Numbered from the whole stretch's first letter, positions 47,071-61,951 are shown. The stretch: DNA of 63,522 nt, filler included, from Octopus bimaculoides (GCF_001194135.2; 9 parts of 8 records of this genome joined end to end with filler, not necessarily neighbours in it), one strand, 5' to 3'. Notes: generated by a model from the letters alone, not told the origin. Program-made: numbers and translations.

Positions 47071-50000
47071 NNNNNNNNNNNNNNNNNNNNNNNNNNNNNN
47101 NNNNNNNNNNNNNNTTAATTAATTAANNNNNNNNNNNNNNNNNNNNNNNNNNNNNNNNNNNNNNNNNNNNTATATAAATTATTAGTTAAATTCTTCAAAT
47201 AACTCGCTACCTTCTTGAGAAAGGTTCTGGGTTTCCAGTGAAGAAATAAAAAATTGTTTTATATATATTAGTAAAAATACTACAAAATTATGAATTCATG
47301 AAACGTATTACAAATTTTCAGAGATCAGTAATAGTACCCGGCCAGTTTGTAAATTTCGCTATAAGTCAACAATTAATTTCTTGCGAGTTTGGTTCTTTTG
47401 TCGTTGTCACATTTTATTTTCTTGTAATTTTTAACACGTTTGTACAGAATTGAAAAGAAATTGTATATTACATTATATAAAACCAGATGAAATTCGGTAA
47501 AAAGTAGTAATTTTGCAGGTCGAACGTAACTTCATCTAAAGGATATGAAAATGAAGTTACATTTTATTAAAAATATGAACCAAAACGCTCCTTGATTTTG
47601 TGCTAGGGATACACTATAGTAGGTAAAGGGAGCAAAAGACACGACACCTATGCACACATATGATGTCATTTGGTGTATATAATGTCACTAAGTATATACA
47701 GTGTCACCTCGAAGATATGTCATCTAGTATATATAATGTCATCTCGTTTACAGTATATGAGTATATGTGTGTGTGTGTACGTACGCATGTATGTATATGT
47801 GTATATAGATATATGTATATGCATATATATATATATTTATTTACATATATATGTATATATATTATAGATATATAACAGATGTATGTATTCATATATATTC
47901 ATATATATTCATATGTATATATATATATATATATACATACACACACACACATATATATGTATGTATGTTTACAATGTTGCTAATTACAAAGCGTCACTTA
48001 ATATATATTATATGGGCTAGTATATATATATATATANNNNNNNNNNNNNNNNNNNNNNNNNNNNNNNNNNNNNNNNNNNNNNNNNNNNNNNNNNNNNNNN
48101 NNNNNNNNNNNNNNNNNNNNNNNNNNNNNNNNNNNNNNNNNNNNNNNNNNNNNNNNNNNNNNNNNNNNNNNNNNNNNNNNNNNNNNNNNNNNNNNNNNNN
48201 NNNNNNNNNNNNNNNNNNNNNNNNNNNNNNNNNNNNNNNNNNNNNNNNNNNNNNNNNNNNNNNNNNNNNNNNNNNNNNNNNNNNNNNNNNNNNNNNNNNN
48301 NNNNNNNNNNNNNNNNNNNNNNNNNNNNNNNNNNNNNNNNNNNNNNNNNNNNNNNNNNNNNNNNNNNNNNNNNNNNNNNNNNNNNNNNNNNNNATATATA
48401 TATATATATGCTTGTGTGTGTATGTGTCTGTATGTGTGTGTATATATTTATATGTAATATATATATATATATATGTATGTATGTATGTATGTATATGGAA
48501 TGTCCTTGATTGTAAAGTTCATGTAATCATCTGAAGAAAACGGTTTTTATAATGATATAATGTAATTATTTATCAATTAGAAACGGCCGTAACGAATTGA
48601 CACCTGTCCTTCAATTTTTATTTATATTTTACTCACCTATCTTGGAACATGCCCTTCGCAAAGTCTGAAGTATATTATTGACTGTATATTTAATATAAAG
48701 TAAATGTCTGAAAAGCTCAAAACAGATTATATACTCAGCTAGGTCAAATTGTCTGCATGCACTACAGGAATATCATCCTGGCGGTACTACTGTATCAAAG
48801 TTGACATTTACATAATATTGTTGTGTGTGTATATTATTCCAACCTAGTCGCCTCAACTTAAGTACCTAAGTCAAATAAATCTTATGTATACACACAAACA
48901 CATACACACACGCGCGCACACATACAATAAGGGTGGCTTGTTAGCAATTTTTCAACCAAAAGGCAAAAATATATACGTCACTAAAGTGACGGAGGGCGCT
49001 ATTCAGCACCAGTATTGCTAGAAATAAGAGTCAAAACAACTCATAGCCACAATTAGTGACAAGGATGACAAGCTCCCTAATCACCGGGAATGGACAGATC
49101 ACCAGGGATTTTGCGTTTACATTAACGTTCGTCGGTGGCGCCCACTGGCGCCTTGTGTTAAACTCAACTCGCTTTGTCAGCTTATAAGATCACCGTAGAA
49201 ATCATACGCTAATTTCATAAACGGTATAGGTGTAAATTATAAATAAGGGTGGCTTGTTAGCAATTTTTCAACCGAAAGACAATTTTTGACTGTTGATGTG
49301 GGAATTGTGGAAGATAATTTAGCGCTGGAGAGGAATTTTTTGAGGGACTTTGTCTTTTACTTTTGATTATTTTGAGTATTTCGAATGCTTGTTTCATTCT
49401 TGGGTTTTGTCTTAGGAGGGAGATTTTCTGCTAGATAATATTGTAAACCTCTGTGTTTCTTGAGTTGTGTGGTGTGATAAAGGGCAGATTAAATTCAGAG
49501 TGCCTTGATTGTAACTAAACATATTCATTCAACCGTGTCGGCCTAATTTGAGCCATGATTTCCCTATAAAAATATAGCAAGTTTTTCAAACACTAGTCAG
49601 AAGCAAGGCAGCTGCGACATAAGCCACGTCCTTCTATTTTCAATTTCTATTTTTCGTGGATATATATATATATATATATATATGCGTGTGNNNNNNNNNN
49701 NNNNNNNNNNNNNNNNNNNNNNNNNNNNNNNNNNNNNNNNNNNNNNNNNNNNNNNNNNNNNNNNNNNNNNNNNNNNNNNNNNNNNNNNNNNNNNNNNNNN
49801 NNNNNNNNNNNNNNNNNNNNNNNNNNNNNNNNNNNNNNNNNNNNNNNNNNNNNNNNNNNNNNNNNNNNNNNNNNNNNNNNNNNNNNNNNNNNNNNNNNNN
49901 NNNNNNNNNNNNNNNNNNNNNNNNNNNNNNNNNNNNNNNNNNNNNNNNNNNNNNNNNNNNNNNNNNNNNNNNNNNNNNNNNNNNNNNNNNNNNNNNNNNN

Positions 50001-50666
50001 NNNNNNNNNNNNNNNNNNNNNNNNNNNNNNNNNNNNNNNNNNNNNNNNNNNNNNNNNNNNNNNNNNNNNNNNNNNNNNNNNNNNNNNNNNNNNNNNNNNN
50101 NNNNNNNNNNNNNNNNNNNNNNNNNNNNNNNNNNNNNNNNNNNNNNNNNNNNNNNNNNNNNNNNNNNNNNNNNNNNNNNNNNNNNNNNNNNNNNNNNNNN
50201 NNNNNNNNNNNNNNNNNNNNNNNNNNNNNNNNNNNNNNNNNNNNNNNNNNNNNNNNNNNNNNNNNNNNNNNNNNNNNNNNNNNNNNNNNNNNNNNNNNNN
50301 NNNNNNNNNNNNNNNNNNNNNNNNNNNNNNNNNNNNNNNNNNNNNNNNNNNNNNNNNNNNNNNNNNNNNNNNNNNNNNNNNNNNNNNNNNNNNNNNNNNN
50401 NNNNNNNNNNNNNNNNNNNNNNNNNNNNNNNNNNNNNNNNNNNNNNNNNNNNNNNNNNNNNNNNNNNNNNNNNNNNNNNNNNNNNNNNNNNNNNNNNNNN
50501 NNNNNNNNNNNNNNNNNNNNNNNNNNNNNNNNNNNNNNNNNNNNNNNNNNNNNNNNNNNNNNNNNNNNNNNNNNNNNNNNNNNNNNNNNNNNNNNNNNNN
50601 NNNNNNNNNNNNNNNNNNNNNNNNNNNNNNNNNNNNTATACATACATACATACATACATACATACA

Positions 50667-50702
<36 letters not shown>

Positions 50703-51270
50703 TATATATATGGCTTAGTGGTTATGGTGCTGCACTCACTGTCGCAAAAATCGTTGCTTCATTATAGTTTCTACAGCAAACGAACCATGAGCCTCTATCT
50801 GAATATAGTCTTGATCAGTTTTAGAGGGATCAAGATGAGGGCCAAAATGTACTCATTTGATAAAGGTACTCTTCTGAATAGAGTCTAGGTTAGATTCAGA
50901 GGAATCAAGTTAAGGGCCAAAACAGCCCTCATTTGAAAGAGGTACTCATTCTTTGGATGATTTTTTCTCGCATATTTAGCTATGAAATATTTATTTAGCT
51001 ATCGTTCCCCTTTTAAAGATTTTTGTTTTTGCTAATGACTTGGGTTGCTGTTCCGAACAATGAGGTCATCCATGCTAAAACCGAGGGGCGTAAGTGAGGG
51101 AACGTGATTTCAAATAACTTCAAATGAAATCGTGTTCAATTGATCCGTCAAGACAAATTGAATTATTGCGGTGTTTAGTTACATCCATTCAGGTTCGCTA
51201 GTTTAAACTTGCCGACATTAACTTTGCCTCTTTTCATTCCTTGGTTATCAGCGATATACATATAAATATG

Positions 51271-51305
<35 letters not shown>

Positions 51306-51472
51306 GCGTGTGTGTGCGTGTGTGCGTATGTGTATGTATGCATGCATGTATGTATATGTATTTATGTATGTATGTATGTATGCATACCGATAGATAGATT
51401 GATAGATACATACATACATACATACATATAGATAGATGGATAAACAGATAGGCGTAGATATAGATATGCATG

Positions 51473-51521
<49 letters not shown>

Positions 51522-52411
51522 NNNNNNNNNNNNNNNNNNNNNNNNNNNNNNNNNNNNNNNNNNNNTTAATTAATTAANNNNNNNNNNNNNNNNNNNNNNN
51601 NNNNNNNNNNNNNNNNNNNNNTCCCGTTGATTTCCGTTAATTTCCTTTTCTTCCCTTCTTTTCCTTCTCTCATCCTCCTCATCGTCATCCTCCTCCTCCT
51701 CCTCCTCCTCCTCTTGCTTCCCTCACCTCCTTCTGTCTTAGATTTAGATTCAGTCCAGTGATAGACTCACTTCCTATACACAAACACCCGACGTAACAAA
51801 CAGTCTTTCATTGTAAAAGCATGCTATCTTGCTATCTAAGCAAACCTTTTCGTTCTTACGATCGTAACCTACTTTGGACCTACACTAGTGGGGTACACAC
51901 ACACACACACACATACGCATACACGCATATACAATGACACAAGCACTCATATAATCACACGCACACACATATGCACATACACCTACCACACAAGCAAACA
52001 CATGAACAGGCAAATGCACAAATACATATCTTTGTCTGGCTTTTCTTTACATTCTTCCTACATTACACCATACTTTGTGCGTACTATTTGTGTGTGCATA
52101 CACACACACTTATCTATCTATCTATCAGTCTGTCTATCTATCTATCTATTTATATANNNNNNNNNNNNNNNNNNNNNNNNNNNNNNNNNNNNNNNNNNNN
52201 NNNNNNNNNNNNNNNNNNNNNNNNNNNNNNNNNNNNNNNNNNNNNNNNNNNNNNNNNNNNNNNNNNNNNNNNNNNNNNNNNNNNNNNNNNNNNNNNNNNN
52301 NNNNNNNNNNNNNNNNNNNNNNNNNNNNNNNNNNNNNNNNNNNNNNNNNNNNNNNNNNNNNNNNNNNNNNNNNNNNNNNNNNNNNNNNNNNNNNNNNNNN
52401 NNNNNNNNNNN

Positions 52412-52517
<106 letters not shown>

Positions 52518-52681
52518 CGATAGATAGATAGACATATATATACATATGCATATATATATATATACATGCATACATATATACATACAAACATATATACATA
52601 TACTCTTTACTCTTTACTTGTTACATATATATATGCATATATATATATATGTATATATATATATATGTATGTATATATATA

Positions 52682-52720
<39 letters not shown>

Positions 52721-53269
52721 GCAGATTTTTGTGGAGATGGTGTCAACACTCATACTGTACACATCCTGCTCTCGCTTACTTTATATGTTTGGTGTATATA
52801 TACTATTGCTCTCTCTCTCTATATATTAGAGTTCTTAAATTATACACCAAAGTTTGGTGTTCTATAATCGTGACATGCACATCTTTCTCTGGTGGTAGTT
52901 TTTAATATTTATATATCCTGATTTCACAACAGCATTAGTGTGTACACTTTTAGTTTCATGTTTTATTATCCTGTTTCATTATATACACAAGTTAGTTAGA
53001 TTTACGACCTTCCTTAGGCGACGTTTAATAATCATGGTACACGCATCCTGTTAAGCAAGTGTACGTAGTCTTGATGTATCTAACATTCTCTTTGATTTCG
53101 ACGGTACAAGTCTTCTGTTGCTTAGTTCAGGAATTTTTCCGATGCTCTACCGATTCTGCAAATCCAGTGACTTACTTGTTTTTGATTTAGGTTCAAAGCT
53201 AGTAATTTTGAGGGGAAGGGGTCAGACGATATCAACAATCTCATGACTGGTCCTTTATTTTATCGATCC

Positions 53270-53575
53270 GGTGAGAGAACAATGCAATGCGAAACCTCGA
53301 AAAAAATGCCGCAGAGCATTTTGTCCGACGCGCTAACGACTCTGTCTGCTCGCAACCATCATAAAAATAATAATGGTTTCAAACTTCGATACAAGGCCTG
53401 CAGGTTCGGAAGAGGAGGTAAGTTGACCCCAGTTTTCTACTGGTACTTATTTCCTCGACCCCGAAAAAAAAGATGATTGGCAAAGACGACCTCGATAAAA
53501 CTGGAACACAGAACGTAAAACCGGACGAAATGACGCTAAGCATTTTATCCGACAAGTTAAGCTATTCTGCCACCT
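53270..53575 (-). mobile_element. Two SINE family B fragments
   Basis: Reverse-complement similarity (gctaacgattct/gctaagcatttt..ccg) to 60013-60170. Confidence 0.65.
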
Positions 53576-54711
53576 CCCCGCCCTAATAACAACAACAACA
53601 ATAGTAATCACAACATCATATTATTATTATTATTTTTCTTCTTCTTGTTGTTGTTGTTGTTGCTGTTACCAGCCACAATAAATAAACAATGGCGGTGTGT
53701 TAATGTTGTACTTAGTAAAACGACAATTACATAGTTTCTCTGAAAAGAACAATGACTATTGATGGTATATTATTACATACAAGTTGAAAGTCACTCAGCT
53801 CTTATGTTCGATAACATTTGCCAAGTTGGAGCTCACCTCTTCGCTCTTAATGTCCTGATCAATAAAACGTTGATTCAACACGATGAAAGGTGGAAAAAAG
53901 CTGATTTCTCTATGCGTATGTGTGCGTGTATATGTGTATGAGAGACCGACGGATAGATAGACAGAGAGAAAGAGAGAGACAGAGATTAAACGAAGGGGTG
54001 GAGGAGAGACGTACGTATATATAGAATGAGAGGTAAGGTTGGGGAGCAAATATGCAGGTTAAAAAAAGAAAAACAAAGAAAACGAAACAAAATTGAACAA
54101 GTCGTGAGGTGATTAATGTGTGCGGCTGTTTATTGTTGTTCGTATGCTGAGATTTGACTCATGTACGAGCCTGTATAGATACATATATATATATGTATAG
54201 ATACATATATNNNNNNNNNNNNNNNNNNNNNNNNNNNNNNNNNNNNNNNNNNNNNNNNNNNNNNNNNNNNNNNNNNNNNNNNNNNNNNNNNNNNNNNNNN
54301 NNNNNNNNNNNNNNNNNNNNNNNNNNNNNNNNNNNNNNNNNNNNNNNNNNNNNNNNNNNNNNNNNNNNNNNNNNNNNNNNNNNNNNNNNNNNNNNNNNNN
54401 NNNNNNNNNNNNNNNNNNNNNNNNNNNNNNNNNNNNNNNNNNNNNNNNNNNNNNNNNNNNNNNNNNNNNNNNNNNNNNNNNNNNNNNNNNNNNNNNNNNN
54501 NNNNNNNNNNNNNNNNNNNNNNNNNNNNNNNNNNNNNNNNNNNNNNNNNNNNNNNNNNNNNNNNNNNNNNNNNNNNNNNNNNNNNNNNNNNNNNNNNNNN
54601 NNNNNNNNNNNNNNNNNNNNNNNNNNNNNNNNNNNNNNNNNNNNNNNNNNNNNNNNNNNNNNNNNNNNNNNNNNNNNNNNNNNNNNNNNNNNNNNNNNNN
54701 NNNATATATAC

Positions 54712-54762
<51 letters not shown>

Positions 54763-54775
54763 CATATATATATAC

Positions 54776-54808
<33 letters not shown>

Positions 54809-54928
54809 CATATATATACAAATATATACATATATATACACATATACATTACATATATATATATATATATATATATGCGCATGCATGTTTATATATATAC
54901 ATATAGAGACAGAAACACATATATGAAT

Positions 54929-54967
<39 letters not shown>

Positions 54968-55477
54968 TGCGTACACAACCTGAAAGAGATAGTGTTGGGG
55001 AGAGAGTGAGAGAGAGAGAGCGAAAGAGTACGAAGGAAAAAAGGAGAAAGTGAAAGTAAAGGATACATACATACATACGTATATGTGTGCGTGCATGTGT
55101 GTGTGGGTGCATGTGTATGTGTGCACATGCATGTGTGTGTGTGTGCGTGTATGTATGTCTGTGTTTGTGTATGTGTGTATGCGTGTGTGAGCGCGTGTGT
55201 GAGCGCGTGTGTGAGCGCGTGTGTCCACTCGATATTACAAAGAAGACAGAAGAAAATCGAACAGTAAAATATACGTAATGTTAAGTAGCGGACACACAAT
55301 AAATAAAGGTACGAACGGTAAAGGAAAAGATAAAAACCAGCATCAATTGGTGCCTGGTGGTGGTGATGGTGGTGATGGTGATGGTTGTGGGTCCGGGAGC
55401 AAAGATCATGATGTCGGTACTAACTGGTGGTACTGGTATTAGTACAGATTGAGGTGATGGTGGCGGCGGCGGTGTAG

Positions 55478-55520
<43 letters not shown>

Positions 55521-56235
55521 GAGAGAGGGAGAGAGAGAGAGAGAGATGTGGTGTTGATAGTGAAATGATGAGAGTTTGAGGAGAAACTCTGTGGTTCTGT
55601 GGTACGAGAGCAATGGTTTGACGGTGTGAGTCAAGGAAGGAAAGGCGAGGGCAATGGAGAGCAACAACAGACAAAAAAAAATCGTTAATGCAAATCTATT
55701 TGTGTGAGAGAAAGGCGAGAGAACAATGGCGTAGCCTTCAACTTCCGGTTCATAGCGGCGCATACAAATGCGGGATAATGATTATGATGTTGATGATGGA
55801 AATAATAATAATAATAATAATAAAAAGCTTTCTTTATTAACTACTAAGGGTTGTACATACACATGTGTTTATACATGTGTGTGTGTGTGTGCGTCTATAT
55901 GTATATATATTTTACATGCTTATATTTCGTATACGCACACACATACATACATACACAAACACACAAATATATATATATTGATGTATAACATGAATATATA
56001 CGTAAATGTATATGGACATGAATCAGTGTATATGAAAGAATATACATTTGTGTATGTATATATGTATGTATGTATGTATGTATGTCACTGGGTCTAGAGA
56101 GAAGAGGGAAAGTGATTTATAGCAAATATTTATTCATTGAGCAACTAAACTTCCATATATAAATATAACACAAAATGTTTATACGCATACACACATATGT
56201 GCGTGTGTATGTATATAAGCATATATTCATATGTA

Positions 56236-56304
<69 letters not shown>

Positions 56305-56850
56305 NNNNNNNNNNNNNNNNNNNNNNNNNNNNNNNNNNNNNNNNNNNNNNNNNNNNNNNNNNNNNNNNNNNNNNNNNNNNNNNNNNNNNNNNNNNNNNNN
56401 NNNNNNNNNNNNNNNNNNNNNNNNNNNNNNNNNNNNNNNNNNNNNNNNNNNNNNNNNNNNNNNNNNNNNNNNNNNNNNNNNNNNNNNNNNNNNNNNNNNN
56501 NNNNNNNNNNNNNNNNNNNNNNNNNNNNNNNNNNNNNNNNNNNNNNNNNNNNNNNNNNNNNNNNNNNNNNNNNNNNNNNNNNNNNNNNNNNNNNNNNNNN
56601 NNNNNNNNNNNNNNNNNNNNNNNNNNNNNNNNNNNNNNNNNNNNNNNNNNNNNNNNNNNNNNNNNNNNNNNNNNNNNNNNNNNNNNNNNNNNNNNNNNNN
56701 NNNNNNNNNNNNNNNNNNNNNNNNNNNNNNNNNNNNNNNNNNNNNNNNNNNNNNNNNNNNNNNNNNNNNNNNNNNNNNNNNNNNNNNNNNNNNNNNNNNN
56801 NNNNNNNNNNNNNNNNNNNNNNNNNNNNNNNNNNNNNNNNNNNNNNNNNA

Positions 56851-56975
56851 ATCGAACCTAGGACTTATTCTTTGTAAGCCTAGTACTTATTCCATCGGTC
56901 TCTTTTTCGGAACCGCTAAGACGTAAATACACCAGCATCGGTTGTCAAGCGATGGTGGAGGGATAAACACAGACA
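56851..56975 (-). mobile_element. SINE family A body fragment
   Basis: aggacttattctttgtaagcctagtacttatt...cggttgtcaagcga. Confidence 0.8.
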
Positions 56976-57829
56976 CGATGACTATGTTTTCGTAATGAGT
57001 TAAAACTAAGGACGAAAAGTAATCAAAGCTCTTCTTCCTTAACCTTAAAATTAATTTGCTTATTTGTTCAGTTGCATGTTTTCTTTCTTTCTTTTTTTTT
57101 TTCTTATTAATCTGTTGTGTTGGGACATGCAATTTCAAAGTAAGAATATCTAAGCATGTCTACAGAAGTTCCATATTTCAGATCGCCTGCGGAAATTATT
57201 GTCATCTTGAGAAGATATAAAAAGTGTAGTATCTGTGCTTAGCTTTGCAGCTTAAACTTCAACTGAAGCTACCATATTCATATGGAAAGGCATAGCTGCG
57301 AATTGACCATTGAATGTTAAACATACAGATTCTGTTTAATTTTTAAGAACAAAACCCCCAGGGAGGTTTTTCGAAAATTTTTCTTTCATGATTCTTGAAT
57401 GTATTGGTAGATGAATATAAGCAAACTTAAGTTCAGGCTAACGTAATTCTTAAAGACTCTCATAGTCACGAACTGTACTTTGACACAATAGACTATAACT
57501 TTTGAAAGACAATTGCTGTTCAGGGGGTTATTTCTTGGGCTAATACTGTTACAAGAAGAGAATATATTATTTTCAGTCTATTCCTGTTGCAAACTTTTGT
57601 GGAATTAAAATGATTAATGACGCAAGCAACAATTTGCGAAAACGATGACTTACGTTGATTGTGTTTCTGTTAAAAGGTTTATTGCATCTAAATACCTGTA
57701 GTGAAGCTCCGCTTCTGTTTTTGCAACATCGATCTCTTGAAATTCTAGACGTTCCTAGGTGTCCCTTGAATCATGTACTTCTGAACGCTCCAATGCTCTA
57801 CACATCATTCTCATCAACGACAGCAGCAG

Positions 57830-57831
57830 TA

Positions 57832-57893
<62 letters not shown>

Positions 57894-57954
57894 CACTACC
57901 ACTACTACTACTACTATTACCACTACCACTACTACTACTACTACNNNNNNNNNN

Positions 57955-57991
<37 letters not shown>

Positions 57992-58018
57992 AACTCTACT
58001 CTTAATACTACTAGTACT

Positions 58019-58052
<34 letters not shown>

Positions 58053-58055
58053 AAG
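57830..58055. repeat. (ACT)n trinucleotide array
   Basis: Direct reading. Confidence 0.9.
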
Positions 58056-58417
58056 CTCTCTCACACATCTACTACCACGACCACCACCACCAACAACAAC
58101 TACAACCAAAATATTAATGTTACACAATTAAAATCGATACTTCCAATTGATATATTCCGCTTGAGTAACGCCATCACTTAAGCTATAAAAACTGTTAGTT
58201 GGTGTTGTAAAGTGACGTTGCAGTGTTTGACACCTACACGTCACAGGCATACGCATGCGTATATACTTATACACGTGTACACATAAACGCATATATACAT
58301 AGACAGACACATGCACACATAAACTCACACGCACATATGCAATTAGGTGCAGTCCTTTGCAAACATCTTTTACATGTAGAAATATTTGCATAATCACGAG
58401 AATACATACATACACAC

Positions 58418-58475
<58 letters not shown>

Positions 58476-58939
58476 NNNNNNNNNNNNNNNNNNNNNNNNN
58501 NNNNNNNNNNNNNNNNNNNTTAATTAATTAANNNNNNNNNNNNNNNNNNNNNNNNNNNNNNNNNNNNNNNNNNNNATTAAAGTGAGACTACACTCTCACA
58601 TATATACAGGCATACTAAGTAAAAACATTCCCAACAATTCAACTTCTCTGGTTGACATTAACACCCCCACCCCCAATAGGGGGCCTTCATTCCCACGTTT
58701 TAGAGCTCCATGAGCTCCATTTTGCAGGAGCAAAATCTTTTTTACAGGTTCCACAAGACTGAAATTTTGGAATATACGCATAAAGATCAATAGTATGGGA
58801 TACATGTCTCATGATTAGAATTTTTTTAGGGTGTGTAAAGAGGGAAAGAACCCTCATGTGCAATTTTGATGAAATTCGAATCATATGTATTCCAGTTCCT
58901 TACAGAAAATATAACAGAAAAGTCTCATTTTTCAATTGC

Positions 58940-59200
58940 ATGTAACACGGGCAACGCTGGGTATCTCTGCTAGTATAAAATATATACAATACATATATCT
59001 ATTTTCTGCATTGAAAAGAATTAAAACTTACCAAAGAAATACAACAGGAGAGAAAAGCCTTTCAGGGTTAGCTCTTACATCAATTGAAAAACATTTACTT
59101 CGACAACTGATTAAAACAGAAGATTTCTATGACAATGTAATAAATATATTTGCCCTAAAAGATCGAAGGAGTGAATTAATTTATAAATGAGGTATGTAAA
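58940..59200 (+). mobile_element. hAT transposase C-terminal dimerisation-domain remnant
   Basis: FSALKRIKTYQRNTTGEKSLSGLALTSIEK..L...FYDNVINIFALKDRR matches the ERSFS.LKRIKTYLR...RL..LAL..IE motif. Confidence 0.85.
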
Positions 59201-59334
59201 TGATAATTCTTTTGTACATCTTTTTTAAAATGTGTAAACGCATTAAAACAGCGATCATCATAGCCATGTTACGAAACTAATTTGATCCTCTTAATTAAAC
59301 AATTTAAAAAATTAATCAACTCAACCAATAAGTA

Positions 59335-60010
59335 CGAGAGTAGATTGAAAAGTTTATAGGTTGGCTATGGAGTGGTGCGAGAAATCTTGCATGCATTCAT
59401 TTCAACTCAACATATTAATAACTGCATAGTTTTCTTTCAAGTAAACTAACATCTGACTGTTCAAAGAAGACTTCAAAAGTTACTAGAAGCAACTTTTCTT
59501 GAAAATAGATAAAATTTGGCATCGTGGTGTTATCACGTACCAAGGGCTGTCATGGTTACTACATTACAGGATGATGCTCCAGCTTTATCAACAATGCAAA
59601 AATGGGCAGCTGAATTTAGGACGTGAAGGGGGTTTTGAAGATGACCCAATGTCTGGACGTCCCACAACAGCCCCCACCGAGGAAAACATTGATCGTGTTC
59701 ACCACATGTTGATGGATAACAGACGATTGATTATAAACTAAACAGTAAATGTTATAAGCATGTTTCATGAGAGAGCTGAGAATATTCTGCACAACGAACT
59801 TGGCACGACGAAGGCTCATGTGCGATGGTTGCCACGTCTTCTCAGACCCGATCAAAAACGCACCAAGCTGATCACATGAAGGAAAAATCTGACATTGTTT
59901 GAGGCAGAACCAGTTGGTCTTCTTGAACGTATTCTAACCCGTGATGAGCGTTAGGTTCATCAATTTAAGCCAGAGACAATCCAGGTAGTGGAAACACCCT
60001 TCCTCACTTG
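59335..60010 (+). mobile_element. Mariner transposon 5' half (degenerate), interrupted by a SINE
   Basis: TA followed by cgagagtagattgaaaagttt TIR-like start. EDDPMSGRPTTAPTEENIDRVHHMLMDNRRL and a degenerate WVPRLL motif (cgatggttgccacgtcttctc). Confidence 0.85.
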
Positions 60011-60012
60011 TT

Positions 60013-60235
60013 CGAGCTGGTAGAATCGTTAGCACGCCGGGCAAAATGCTTAGCGGTATTTCGTATGCCGTTACGTTCTGAGTTCAAATTCCGCCGAGGT
60101 CGACTTTGCCTTTCATCTTTTCGGGGTCGATAAATTAAGTACCAGTTACGTACTGAGGTCGATGTAATCGACTTAATACCTTTGTCTGACTTTGTTTGTC
60201 CCCTCTATGTTTAGCCCTTTGTGGGTAAAAAAATA
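60013..60235 (+). mobile_element. SINE family B (tRNA-derived), well-preserved copy
   Basis: A-box-like tggtagaatcg and B box gagttcaaattcc. At least 7 related fragments occur in the window. Confidence 0.85.
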
Positions 60236-61619
60236 AGAATCAACTGGAACACGTCGTAGTAACCGACGGAGTGACAGTTANNNNNNNNNNNNNNNNNNNN
60301 NNNNNNNNNNNNNNNNNNNNNNNNTTAATTAATTAANNNNNNNNNNNNNNNNNNNNNNNNNNNNNNNNNNNNNNNNNNNNTTTCAGATCTTTTTTAATAA
60401 AGTTACATTCCCTAACTTTCTTCATATGTTCCATAAATGTTGCTTGTTGACGTAATTGTTTTACAAAAATATGATTTACATCTGGATGCAGATCATCCCA
60501 GTATGATTTGAATCTATTCATATATCCAAGAGAAGTTTTTTTTTATTCGCTCTTTATAACATTTAAATAATAAGTATTCAATTCATAACACCATGAAAAA
60601 TGTGCTTTGTAGTTACGGTTTTTTTCTATATTTATAACTACAAAGAAACTCTTTAGTACTGAGCTGTTGTTTTCGTTCTGTTTCACAGTTGTGTTGTTGT
60701 TGATGTGTCAAGCCATACTTTTTGTAATACCTCTGATGGTAAATTCAAGTTTGATTGGTAACTCACAACAATCTTGAATCAAAGGCTCCCTGAGTTTATT
60801 TATCTGAAGATTAACCAGATATTTAACATAACTGATATTTGTGGCTTCAAAGTTGGAGATAGTATTCATCGTATTTTCGAAAAATAACCTCCCACGCGAA
60901 ATAAGCGACTAGTCGCTTCGAGAGTATGTATTATGTATGTATGAATGTGTGTGTGTGTGTGTGTATGTATGCATGTCTGTATGTCTGTATGTATGTCTGA
61001 ATGCATGCATGTATGCATGTATGCACACATGCATGCATGTATGCATGTGTGTATGTATATGGGTATATATGTATGTATGGAGATAGTATCCATCGAATTT
61101 TCGATAAATAATCTCCAACGCTTCGATTGTATGTATGTATGCTGGTATGTTATCAATCATTTTCATTTCTGTATTTCTTGTCCATAGAGAAAGAGCCGGA
61201 CTCTAACATAGATTCAAGGCTCCGTCATTGGAACTTTTATCAACATCATCTAGGTATTTGTGCATATGTGTGTGCGTGTGTGCAGTATTTGGTGTTTGTG
61301 TATGCGCAGATTTGTATGTTTGTTTTATGGATGCGTTTTTATGTTTATATTTTCATATCTAGATGCATGCATATGTATTTATGTGCTAAAGTTTTGGAAA
61401 GTTTTACATATCTTTACAGTTCCATTGATGGCTTGAATCTGTAGTCTTCTAACCAGCCTTTTTCTTTCAGGTTTTGAGAACCCTAATTTTTCCAGGTTTT
61501 TGTTGAGGCAGTTCGTTNNNNNNNNNNNNNNNNNNNNNNNNNNNNNNNNNNNNNNNNNNNNTTAATTAATTAANNNNNNNNNNNNNNNNNNNNNNNNNNN
61601 NNNNNNNNNNNNNNNNNCA

Positions 61620-61951
61620 ATTAACCCTAACCCTAGGGTTAGTGTTAGGGTTAGGGTTAAAGCAAATTTAAAATGAAAAAAGCAAATAAAACGAAGGTAT
61701 GGAGATTAAATACGCTTTACATCGCTTAATCAGCCAAAGGAGTAAATATAAACAACTGAATACTTGTCAGTGATTGGTTGAAATTATCGAAATAAGACAA
61801 TTTTTTTACATGAAATAAATTCGAATACAAAAATATTTTTCTGTTCTATAACACAAAATAGATAAGTATACGAAGTTTGAAAGTCTTTCCGTACCAAAAA
61901 CACTACGTAAAACATTAATGAAAAATGTGGCCCCCGTTTTAAAATAGATCC
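61620..61951. mobile_element. Second, partial copy of the telomeric-core foldback family
   Basis: 61740-61951 is the reverse complement of 28910-29090 and also ends in GATCC. It begins with taaccctaaccctagggttagtgttagggttagggtta. Confidence 0.8.
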
